NCBI GenBank assembly: GCA_963736195.1
Contig: CAVTNP010000001.1
Location: forward strand, 690,133 to 754,132
Origin: Ignavibacteriota bacterium
GTDB lineage: Bacteria; Bacteroidota; Ignavibacteria; Palsa-1295
Length of the DNA stretch: 64,000 bases
Direction of reading: 5' to 3'
Below the pieces are notes generated by a model. That model was not told the DNA's origin, did not search any database, and worked only from the letters and a program-made list of their open reading frames with translations. Below, piece after piece: positions 37,659 to 45,633 of the stretch; position 1 is the stretch's first letter; each line of letters starts with the position of its first letter. A program made the translations under genes and the position numbers.

Positions 37659-37815
37659 TTACTGGTTGAGCGAGGTATATAATCGACTATATTTTCGGTG
37701 CCATTTACGGCACCAAATTGATCCCGTGGGTTGTTCATAGGTTCGGACTTATCTACCGGAACTGGTGTTCCACCCGAACAACCCCACAACATTTTCATTG
37801 GAAAGCACTTTTACT

Positions 37816-38904
37816 ATGCAAGATACAGCAACGAGAGACGCGCGGAAGAAAGCACTCACTATCGCGATGGACGCGATCGAGAAGAACCACGGCAAGGGAT
37901 CGGTCATGCGTTTGGGCGATCAGCCGCATGTGAAAGTGGATGTGATCCCGACCGGCTCGCTTTCCATCGATGCTGCGATCGGCATTGGCGGCGTACCACG
38001 CGGCCGCGTGATCGAGATCTTTGGGCCGGAATCCTCCGGCAAAACCACGCTGTGCCTGCATATCATCGCGGAAGCGCAAAAACGCGGTGGCAACGCAGCA
38101 TTTATCGATGCCGAACATGCGCTGGACGTGAATTACTCGAAGCGTCTCGGCGTGAACGTGGATGAGCTTATTCTTTCTCAGCCCGAATTTGGCGAGCAGG
38201 CACTGGATATTCTGGAGCAGCTCGTGCGATCCGCTGCGCTTGATGTTATCGTTGTCGATTCCGTTGCCGCGCTTACGCCTCGCGCAGAAATTGAAGGCGA
38301 AATGGGCGATGCGCAGATGGGATCTCATGCCCGGCTTATGTCGCAGGCCATGCGGAAAATTACGGCCGTTATTGGCAAATCCGGCACGACGGTTATTTTC
38401 ACGAATCAGCTTCGCTCGAAGATCGGCGTGATGTATGGCAATCCGGAAACCACCACCGGTGGAAACGCGCTGAAATTTTACGCATCGGTGCGCTTGGATA
38501 TTCGCCGACGTGATGTCATTAAAGAAGGCACGGAAATCATCGGAAATCGCGTACGCGTGAAAGTGGTGAAAAACAAGCTTGCACCGCCCTTCCGCGAAGT
38601 GGAGTTCGACGTGCTCTATAACGAAGGCATCTCGAAAATGGGTGACATGATAGACGTTGGTATCGAGAACGACATCATTCAGAAATCTGGCTCGTGGTTC
38701 TCCTTCGAAGGCGAGCGCATCGGCCAGGGCCGCGAATCCGTCAAGGCATTCCTGAAAGAAAATGCCGATTCCTTCGCGAAAGTCGAAAAAGCAGTGCGAA
38801 AGAAACTGGGCATCGAGATCGAGGGAATCGCTGGTAACTTGGCGACCAATGGCGCTGTCGCGGCGGGAGGGGTGATCGAGGAGAAGTCCAATAGGAGGAA
38901 ATAA
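37816..38904 (+). CDS. recA: Recombinase RecA
   Basis: Walker [11 protein letters not shown]1/L2 loop blocks, and near-complete RecA conservation. The ATG at 37816 is preferred over the track start at 37765. Confidence 0.95.
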   Translation: MQDTATRDARKKALTIAMDAIEKNHGKGSVMRLGDQPHVKVDVIPTGSLSIDAAIGIGGVPRGRVIEIFGPESSGKTTLCLHIIAEAQKRGGNAAFIDAEHALDVNYSKRLGVNVDELILSQPEFGEQALDILEQLVRSAALDVIVVDSVAALTPRAEIEGEMGDAQMGSHARLMSQAMRKITAVIGKSGTTVIFTNQLRSKIGVMYGNPETTTGGNALKFYASVRLDIRRRDVIKEGTEIIGNRVRVKVVKNKLAPPFREVEFDVLYNEGISKMGDMIDVGIENDIIQKSGSWFSFEGERIGQGRESVKAFLKENADSFAKVEKAVRKKLGIEIEGIAGNLATNGAVAAGGVIEEKSNRRK

Positions 38905-39416
38905 TGACCACAATAGAATACAACGAAAAACAGACTATTAACGAACTGATGCGTGTCATTAATCACGCAGAAGGAACACCGATTAATGAGCTTCGCATTA
39001 TTGACCTTGCCGAATGCGGAAGCGGAATTTACATCTTTTATCAGCAACAGGCAAATAAGCGGTGGTATTTTTACATTGGGAAGGCATCCAGTGAGAGCTT
39101 GGTTCAAAGGATTGCGATTCATTTTGATACAAGGATTGAGATGGCATCGAGCGGGATTCTAAGCAAGGTTCAGCGTTCAGAAGCTATCGCCGATCAATCT
39201 GCATTCTCGCTTATCGACGCAATTCGACTCTTGGAAAAGAAAAATACGAGACTGATTTTCATTACTATTTCACCGTTGCAAGAGTGCAAACGGGTCGTGA
39301 CAAAATTGGAATACTTCCTCATAAATGCTTATGACACTCCAAAGGTGTATAACGTGCGGAGGGGTAAAGCAGCTCCCTCACTCGACATTCCACTCAAAGA
39401 ATTGATTCCTAACTAA
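38904..39416 (+). CDS. GIY-YIG nuclease-domain protein, translationally coupled to recA
   Basis: GIYIFY...(9)...YFYIGKA, then a conserved Arg (LVQRIAIHF) and downstream Glu/Asn (KLEYFLINAY), as in UvrC/I-TevI-type GIY-YIG domains. Its ATG overlaps the recA stop (ATAATGA). The region is AT-rich. Confidence 0.7.
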   Translation: MTTIEYNEKQTINELMRVINHAEGTPINELRIIDLAECGSGIYIFYQQQANKRWYFYIGKASSESLVQRIAIHFDTRIEMASSGILSKVQRSEAIADQSAFSLIDAIRLLEKKNTRLIFITISPLQECKRVVTKLEYFLINAYDTPKVYNVRRGKAAPSLDIPLKELIPN

Positions 39417-39417
39417 A

Positions 39418-39837
39418 ATGCAATCAGCCATGATTACGAATTATTCGAATTGCAACAAAAGGGCGCGCTCATTCGATTTAATTATCGAGTCTTTCTGTCT
39501 ATTGGCACTAATTACCCTCACTTCGGGATGTGTGGGTAAAAACGATGGAGGAATAAGAGGCGTCTTTATCTGCCAGAACCCTGACAAGAGCGGCCTTCCT
39601 ATGTCTAATCTTGAATTCAGGAGCGACGACATTGTCGCATTTTTGCCGCTTTTACCAGACGGAAGCACGACGCCAATGAATTATAAAATTGAGGGGAATT
39701 TTATCTACTTAAAACCGATACCTGGAATTGTAACTCCGATGGTGGTGGATCTGTTGACAACCCTTAAAATCGTCAGTGACACCAGTATAGAAGAGGATGT
39801 TCAGAGCAACCCTTATGTGTGGGTGAAGAAGCAATAG
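39418..39837 (+). CDS. Hypothetical lipoprotein
   Basis: Hydrophobic N-terminus with lipobox LTSGCVGK. No recognizable motifs. Confidence 0.4.
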   Translation: MQSAMITNYSNCNKRARSFDLIIESFCLLALITLTSGCVGKNDGGIRGVFICQNPDKSGLPMSNLEFRSDDIVAFLPLLPDGSTTPMNYKIEGNFIYLKPIPGIVTPMVVDLLTTLKIVSDTSIEEDVQSNPYVWVKKQ

Positions 39838-39866
39838 TTAAAGAATCTCAAGAAAAGATGCTACAA

Positions 39867-39905
39867 CGCAAAGTACATGCTTGCTGTTATGGGGCCGACG
39901 ATCAA
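39867..39905 (+). pseudogene. Remnant 3' end of a fourth copy of the tandem lipoprotein family (..YMLAVMGPTINK*)
   Basis: The 39-nt tract translates to a peptide near-identical to the C-terminus of the following paralog (..ISMLAVMGPSVNR*). No N-terminal portion is present. Confidence 0.4.
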
Positions 39906-39937
39906 TAAGTAAATTTTCAAGATTGGAGGATTTGAAA

Positions 39938-40324
39938 ATGCTTCGAGCATTGCTGTTTATTATTATTGCATTCACGCTTTCCGCGTGTGGGGCCTCGAAA
40001 TACACCCCGTATTCCAAATGGTCGTTGCCCGCGCATGGCTATTCGGAAGCCCAACTTGATTCGACGACCTATCAGGTGAGTTATGTCGATCCTTCTGCCG
40101 ATGTATCGGATCGTTTTGCTCTTTACCGTGCAGCGGAGCTAACCAAGCAGCGTGGCTTCGATTATTTCATTGTTGCTGATACCCAGCCCAGTTCCACTGA
40201 TGACGATTTGTCGAAAGTCACTAAGACGGTTCGTATGTATAAAGGAGATGCTCCTGCCGATAACCCGCAGGCCTACAACGCAATCTCCATGTTAGCTGTT
40301 ATGGGGCCGTCGGTGAATAGATAG
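39938..40324 (+). CDS. Lipoprotein, tandem paralog A (GYSE..LDSTTYQV...RYALYRAAELT.QRGFDYF family)
   Basis: Lipobox LSACGAS. The conserved core is shared with the next two genes. Confidence 0.6.
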   Translation: MLRALLFIIIAFTLSACGASKYTPYSKWSLPAHGYSEAQLDSTTYQVSYVDPSADVSDRFALYRAAELTKQRGFDYFIVADTQPSSTDDDLSKVTKTVRMYKGDAPADNPQAYNAISMLAVMGPSVNR

Positions 40325-40367
40325 AAATTAACCGCGCGATGTTTCGCGCATAGAAGGAGATGAATTC

Positions 40368-40766
40368 ATGATATCGATCCGATTAACTGCTTCGTGCATT
40401 GCGTTACTGCTTCTTTCCGCGTGTGCAACGCCCTACGTTAAGAATGCCGGTGGGCTGTTTAGTGGCACCGGCTATCAGGATATTCCGATCGATTCTACAA
40501 CGTACCGTGTAGTGTTTTACGGAAGTCATGGTGGCACCAGCCTGGAATTGGTTGATCGCTACGCGTTCTATCGTGCTGCAGAGCTTACCGCCGAAAAAGG
40601 GTATGATTATTTTGTGATCGTGCAAACCGGGGCGGACGAAAAACAGCGCATTGCGTGGAATACCGTTCGCATGTCGAGGGTTCCGCCAACGAGCGAGGAT
40701 TTTGCCGTGTTCGACGCACAAACCGTGCTACGGGAAATGGCGCCTTACGTTCAACGATCGGAGTAA
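40368..40766 (+). CDS. Lipoprotein, tandem paralog B
   Basis: Lipobox LLSACAT. Conserved DSTTYRVVF...RYAFYRAAELTAEKGYDYF. Confidence 0.6.
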   Translation: MISIRLTASCIALLLLSACATPYVKNAGGLFSGTGYQDIPIDSTTYRVVFYGSHGGTSLELVDRYAFYRAAELTAEKGYDYFVIVQTGADEKQRIAWNTVRMSRVPPTSEDFAVFDAQTVLREMAPYVQRSE

Positions 40767-40847
40767 GGAGCGAATGAACTAGATCTGCTGTTTTAGGATT
40801 AAATTTCTGTAGCTTCGATTTCTTAAAAATACCTTCACCCTATTTCC

Positions 40848-41378
40848 ATGAAAAACCATAAGAGCGCAACGATCCTTATTGGAATTGGAATTTTGTTTTT
40901 AGCTTCGTGCGCAACGAAATACGCGCCGGCCACCGGCTCGTTCTGGGACGGCCATACCGGCTACTCCGAGGTAGCGCTTGATAGCACTACCTGGCAGGTT
41001 ACCTTCTGCGGCAATAATAACACTTCGGATGATGTCGTGAACCGCTACGCGTTGTACCGTTCGGCGGAACTTACTTCTCAGCGAGGCTTCGATTACTTCG
41101 TTGTGCTTGATAATAATGACGTCGCAGCGCTGACTTCGACCGTGAATCGTAACAAGACTCAGCAGACCCAGATAGAACACACCGTCGATCCGCAAACAGG
41201 CAAAGTGATCCCTGTGGCAGTTACGACTACTAACTCGACATCAACGGTCAACACGCAAGCGGCACACACCGTGACGAAAACCATTCGTATGTTCACGGGC
41301 GCGCGGCCTGCGGATAATCCCAACGCTTTCGATGCCAGATCCATGGTTACGATGATGGCGCCGAGCATTCAACGCTAA
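40848..41378 (+). CDS. Lipoprotein, tandem paralog C (with T/N-rich insertion)
   Basis: Lipobox FLASCAT. Conserved DSTTWQVTF...RYALYRSAELTSQRGFDYF. Confidence 0.6.
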   Translation: MKNHKSATILIGIGILFLASCATKYAPATGSFWDGHTGYSEVALDSTTWQVTFCGNNNTSDDVVNRYALYRSAELTSQRGFDYFVVLDNNDVAALTSTVNRNKTQQTQIEHTVDPQTGKVIPVAVTTTNSTSTVNTQAAHTVTKTIRMFTGARPADNPNAFDARSMVTMMAPSIQR

Positions 41379-41399
41379 CGCGCCTGCCGGCTTTTTATT

Positions 41400-42044
41400 A
41401 TGGAAGGCCGCATCACCTCGATCGTCCGTCAAAAGAACGACAAGGCTCGCGCTTCGATCTTTTTGGATGAAGAATTTGCGTTCGGGGTGTGCGATCAGAC
41501 GGTCGAGCAATTCCGCCTTCGCAAAGGCGATTACATCGATCGTGAGTTATTCGAAAAGATCACGGAGTTCGATCTATTCATCGAAGCGAAGCGCGTTGCG
41601 CTGGCATATCTAAACTATCGCGCCCGCAGCGAGAAAGAGATTCGTGAGCGATTGCAGAAGGAAGACATTCCAGAGCCAATTATTCTTCGAACCTTCGAGT
41701 TCCTGCGAGAATACAAACTGATCGATGATGAGGCGTGGTCAAAATCCTTCGTAAATGATAAACTGGTAAGGAAATCTGTGTCATCGAAGCAGTTGGCGTA
41801 TGGCCTGGCGCAAAAAGGGGTGTCGAAGGAAGTGATCGAAGAAACGATCTCGAATTTGAATGCAAATGAGAGTGATGAGTCCCGTGCCATACGCGCTGCC
41901 GAAAAGCGCTGGCCACGAATCCTGAAATCCGAGAGCGACCCCCGAAAGCAAAAACAAAAGTTGTACACGTTTTTGGCCGGAAGAGGGTTTGATTATGACG
42001 TGATCAACCAAGTGATCGCAAAAATTATGAATGATGAATTATGA
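41400..42044 (+). CDS. recX: RecA regulator RecX
   Basis: Three-repeat helical architecture with typical blocks (ALAYLNYRARSEKEIRERL, AWSKSFVNDKL, LAYGLAQKGV). Confidence 0.8.
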   Translation: MEGRITSIVRQKNDKARASIFLDEEFAFGVCDQTVEQFRLRKGDYIDRELFEKITEFDLFIEAKRVALAYLNYRARSEKEIRERLQKEDIPEPIILRTFEFLREYKLIDDEAWSKSFVNDKLVRKSVSSKQLAYGLAQKGVSKEVIEETISNLNANESDESRAIRAAEKRWPRILKSESDPRKQKQKLYTFLAGRGFDYDVINQVIAKIMNDEL

Positions 42045-42096
42045 AAGATGAAATATCTTCCTCTGATTCATCATTCATAATTCATAATTCATAATT
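42022..42096. repeat. AT-rich imperfect inverted repeat made of ATTCATA/TATGAAT heptamers, spanning the recX stop and the recX-ybbR gap
   Basis: AAATTATGAATGATGAATTATGAAAGATGAA ... TTCATCATTCATAATTCATAATTCATAATTT. The architecture matches the nuoB/nuoA element. Confidence 0.55.
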
Positions 42097-42101
42097 TCCT
42101 C

Positions 42102-43055
42102 ATGACCCTCGCTCGCGGCATCCTGATTTTCCTCGGCGCACTGATCTTTTCTGTGCTGCTGTGGGCGTATGTGCGGCTTTCAGCAGCGTATGAGGCGGAT
42201 GTCGATCTGCCGGTCAAGCTTACTGCGCCGAAAGGATATGCGCTCGCTTCCGGCGTTCCCGAACGATTGCACACACGCGTGCGCGGCGCGGGCTGGCAGA
42301 TACTTCTGATGGGTTTTACCAAGAATGCGAATTTCCAATTCGATCTTTCCGAACGTGCGTTGCCGCCCGAGGAACTTGTAACGCTGCACTCGGACGAGAT
42401 CGCGAATTCAGCCGTACTCCCAAGTGAACTGCGCGTGCTGAAAGTGGAACCGGATTCTCTTGAACTACAATTTGCCAGGGCCATCGAAAAACGAATCAGC
42501 ATACAACCGCGGCTTGACGTGCGCCCGGCCCGGGGCTATGTTATCGTTGGTGACCCGGTGGTGACACCGCGCACGGTATCCGTAGTTGGTGCTTCCGATG
42601 TGGTTGATTCCTTGAACGGGATTTCGACTCAGTCCTTCCGGGTGACCGATGCGAAGGAAGATGTGGATCGAGTGCTGTTGTTATCCGATTCGCTCGATAA
42701 TTTTATTACCATACCAAATGCGCCGAAAGTTACCGTTCACGTCGCGGTGCAAGCGATCGGCGAACAACGAATTTCCGGAGTTCCAGTAGTTATCGATGCG
42801 CTGCCGCCTCAATTTGAGCTGCTCCTCATTCCAGGAACGATCGCTGTTACGATTCGAGGAGGCGCGGAGGAGCTGGCGAAGCTTCAGCCTTCTGTGATCC
42901 ATGCGCGAGTGTTGTATAACCCCACGATGCTGGATACTGCAACGTCCGTTACGCCACAGATAGAAGTTCCAAGGGGATTGACATATCTCTCTTCCGATCC
43001 TCCCAGTGTAAAGTTCATTCTCCGGCGAAGGGGGGCGGATCATGGGACTCCGTGA
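42102..43055 (+). CDS. YbbR-like domain protein (CdaR-type)
   Basis: N-terminal TM helix followed by repeated YbbR-like beta modules. Confidence 0.55.
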   Translation: MTLARGILIFLGALIFSVLLWAYVRLSAAYEADVDLPVKLTAPKGYALASGVPERLHTRVRGAGWQILLMGFTKNANFQFDLSERALPPEELVTLHSDEIANSAVLPSELRVLKVEPDSLELQFARAIEKRISIQPRLDVRPARGYVIVGDPVVTPRTVSVVGASDVVDSLNGISTQSFRVTDAKEDVDRVLLLSDSLDNFITIPNAPKVTVHVAVQAIGEQRISGVPVVIDALPPQFELLLIPGTIAVTIRGGAEELAKLQPSVIHARVLYNPTMLDTATSVTPQIEVPRGLTYLSSDPPSVKFILRRRGADHGTP

Positions 43056-44802
43056 TGCTTCGTTCGTCGTAGTTGATGTCGAAACAACCGGCCTGAACGC
43101 TGCCCAGCATCGCATTACGGAGATCGCTCTGGTGCGGGTGCAACAGGGAGCGATCACGGAATCCTATACCACGCTTATCAACCCCGAGCAGTTCATTCCG
43201 CCGTTCATCACGCAGCACACGGGAATTACGAACGCGATGGTGTACGACAAACCGCGCTTTCGCGAGGTTCTTCCAGAGATAGAGAAGTTCATCAAAAAAT
43301 CCGATCTGCCGGTGCTGGTTGGGCATAACGTGAAGTTCGATCATGGGTTTCTGATCGAGTCTTTCAAACGCGCGGGACAAGAATTCCAACATGCCCAAGG
43401 CCCGCTATGCACCTGCCGGCTTGCGCGCAGATTACTACCACAGCTTGGAAGTAAATCACTCAAAAGCGTACAGGATTATTTAGGAATTAAGAACCCGCGC
43501 CAGCATCGCGCGCTTGGGGATGCGCAGGCTACGGCAAAGATCCTGCTGCATTTCTTATCGATGGCAGAGGGATTGGAGATCGAGACGATCGAAGATCTGA
43601 TCCGCCTGCAATTTGCCAAACCCAATTACGCTCGCCGTAAAACTAAGCGCGAGGTTTCGCTTCGTGAAAAAGTACGAATGTTCCCAGACCGTCCTGGAGT
43701 CTATACGATGACGAGCCGAGGTGGTGAAGTGCTTTATGTTGGCAAGGCGAAGAGCCTTCACGAGCGCGTGGCTTCTTATTTTACCCAATCGCATACGGAG
43801 GGCACGAAGCTAACCCGCATGATGCGGGCCGTGCAGGATATTACCTACGAAGAAACAGGCAGCGAGCTTTCTGCATTGCTATTGGAGAGCCGAAAGATCA
43901 AGGAACTGAACCCACGCTTTAACTCGCTCGATCGCAGGTATAAGCCGCAGAGTTTTATCCGGCTGGACGTGCAGAACGATTTTCCGGAACTATCGTTCAG
44001 CCGCGAACCGGCGCCGGATGGGGCCGAATATTTCGGGCCGTTCCGCTCGCGCGAGGCGGCGGAATCGTTGATGGAAATCCTGAACCATGCTTTCAAACTT
44101 CGCGAATGCGGCGACAAATTCAAGATCGGCGCTGATGTAAGGCCGTGTCTGTATTTTGAGATCGACCGGTGCGGAGCGCCGTGCGCGCTCTTGCAATCCA
44201 AGCAATCCTATCGTGATGAAGTGAGGCGCTTGCAGGAATTCCTCGCCGCAGGTGATGACGGAGTTCTTGCTCACGTCGAACAGCTCATGCGCGATGCCTC
44301 CGACAAACTCGATTTCGAAGAAGCTCAGTTTTACAAAGTCCGGCTCTTCGAACTGCGCCGTGTACTTGGCACGGGCGATCGGCCATCGGCAAGCCTCAGC
44401 GCAAACGATTTTGTGCTTTTAAACCCCCTCAATGCCTCGGAGTGTGAGGTCTATTTTGTGAGATTCGGCCAACTCATGAAGCAAATGGTTCTCGGCGTGG
44501 GACACCTGCCCATCGCCGAACAATGGTTCGCGCGTCAGCTTCGCATGTATTACGGTGCAACATCCTCGTTGCCTCCCTCGGCTGGAAAACCAGAGATCGA
44601 TGAGATGCGCATTCTTTCGAGGTGGGTCGAGACAAGCAAGAAAAAGGGGAGCAGAATAATCTATATCGAGCAGGATTGGGAAGACTCAGTAACGAAAGTG
44701 GTAGCAGAATTGAGAACGATGCTTGGGGAGTCACAAAAGGAACTATCGCAAGCCCAATCACGCCAACGCAAACTTTTGTTGAAACCGATGAAAACTGTCT
44801 GA
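43042..44802 (+). CDS. DnaQ-like 3'-5' exonuclease fused to a GIY-YIG (UvrC N-terminal-like) nuclease domain
   Basis: DEDDh motifs (FVVVDVETTGL, HNVKFDHGFL, H..LGDA) followed by GIY-YIG (GVYTMTSRGGEVLYVGKAKSLHERVASYF). A Cys cluster follows. Confidence 0.8.
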   Translation: MGLRDASFVVVDVETTGLNAAQHRITEIALVRVQQGAITESYTTLINPEQFIPPFITQHTGITNAMVYDKPRFREVLPEIEKFIKKSDLPVLVGHNVKFDHGFLIESFKRAGQEFQHAQGPLCTCRLARRLLPQLGSKSLKSVQDYLGIKNPRQHRALGDAQATAKILLHFLSMAEGLEIETIEDLIRLQFAKPNYARRKTKREVSLREKVRMFPDRPGVYTMTSRGGEVLYVGKAKSLHERVASYFTQSHTEGTKLTRMMRAVQDITYEETGSELSALLLESRKIKELNPRFNSLDRRYKPQSFIRLDVQNDFPELSFSREPAPDGAEYFGPFRSREAAESLMEILNHAFKLRECGDKFKIGADVRPCLYFEIDRCGAPCALLQSKQSYRDEVRRLQEFLAAGDDGVLAHVEQLMRDASDKLDFEEAQFYKVRLFELRRVLGTGDRPSASLSANDFVLLNPLNASECEVYFVRFGQLMKQMVLGVGHLPIAEQWFARQLRMYYGATSSLPPSAGKPEIDEMRILSRWVETSKKKGSRIIYIEQDWEDSVTKVVAELRTMLGESQKELSQAQSRQRKLLLKPMKTV

Positions 44803-44856
44803 ACCTTGATTTGGGGCGATTTCAGAGAATAAAAAGATAAGGCTTCATTTTCAATC

Positions 44857-44909
44857 CATCCCTAAAATCGTCCGCGAAATCCCCTTCCATCCGCGAAATC
44901 CAGGTTCTT
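44857..44909. repeat. Copy of the dispersed repeat family (CATCCCTAAAATCGTCCGCGAAATCCCCTTCCATCCGCGAAATCCAGGTTCT) upstream of the second ECF sigma gene
   Basis: About 85% identical to 9714-9766. It contains an internal direct repeat TCCGCGAAATCC x2. Confidence 0.6.
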
Positions 44910-44994
44910 CCCCATGCGACTTTTCTCCACCTCATGTCTCTTCTCTCCAAATCCGAAGAATGGTGACCGGTCATCCTTGTCGGACTAACACAGC

Positions 44995-45633
44995 ATGACA
45001 CTACAGGCAGCGAGCATTTCGGCTCGCGGTAACGAGAAACACACGCGATTCATGGCCCTTCTGGAGCCGTGCCTTGCGAAGCTTTCCCGTTATTGCCATG
45101 CGATGACAAAGGATGTGGAATCGGGACGCGATCTGCTATCGGATGCGATCCTGCTCAGCTACGAGAACTTCGAAAGACTTCGAGCACCCGAAGCCTTTAC
45201 GAGCTATATCTTCACAACGGCGCGGCGGTTATTTTACCGGCGCGAACGGAGAAAAAAGTTCTGGGGTGTGCTCGGAAGCGAAGCGGAAACACTCGTGGAT
45301 GAGCGGGAACCCACGCCCGAAATGCGACTCGATCTCGAAGCGCTCGATCGCGCACTAACGCATTTACCCGAAAAACAACGCGAAGCCGTGATACTCTTCG
45401 AAATATCCGGACTCTCGCTTGCGGAAATTCGGGAAGTGCAAGGCGGATCGCTTTCGGGTGTGAAATCGCGCATCGTGAGAGGCCGCGAGAAGCTTGCGGT
45501 CCTGCTCGGTGAGCGGGAGTCTGAACAGCCGGGGACGACAGTTCGACAGCAGGCGCGGACGCCTGCTCCACGCGAGCACTCAACATCCTTTGAACGCGCA
45601 CAGGTCGCTACTCTAATAAGGGAGAAACTATGA
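44995..45633 (+). CDS. ECF-subfamily RNA polymerase sigma-70 factor (paralog of 30282-30875)
   Basis: Region 2 (LLSDAILLSYENF...YIFTTARRLFYRRERR) and region 4 (LSLAEIREVQGGSLSGVKSRIVRGREKL). It shares the unusual QGGxLSGVKSR block with the other ECF sigma. Confidence 0.85.
   Translation: MTLQAASISARGNEKHTRFMALLEPCLAKLSRYCHAMTKDVESGRDLLSDAILLSYENFERLRAPEAFTSYIFTTARRLFYRRERRKKFWGVLGSEAETLVDEREPTPEMRLDLEALDRALTHLPEKQREAVILFEISGLSLAEIREVQGGSLSGVKSRIVRGREKLAVLLGERESEQPGTTVRQQARTPAPREHSTSFERAQVATLIREKL

Noticed and set aside
37795-38913. 372-aa ORF antisense to recA
   Set aside because: RecA is unambiguous on the plus strand. The antisense frame is an artefact of GC-rich codon structure.
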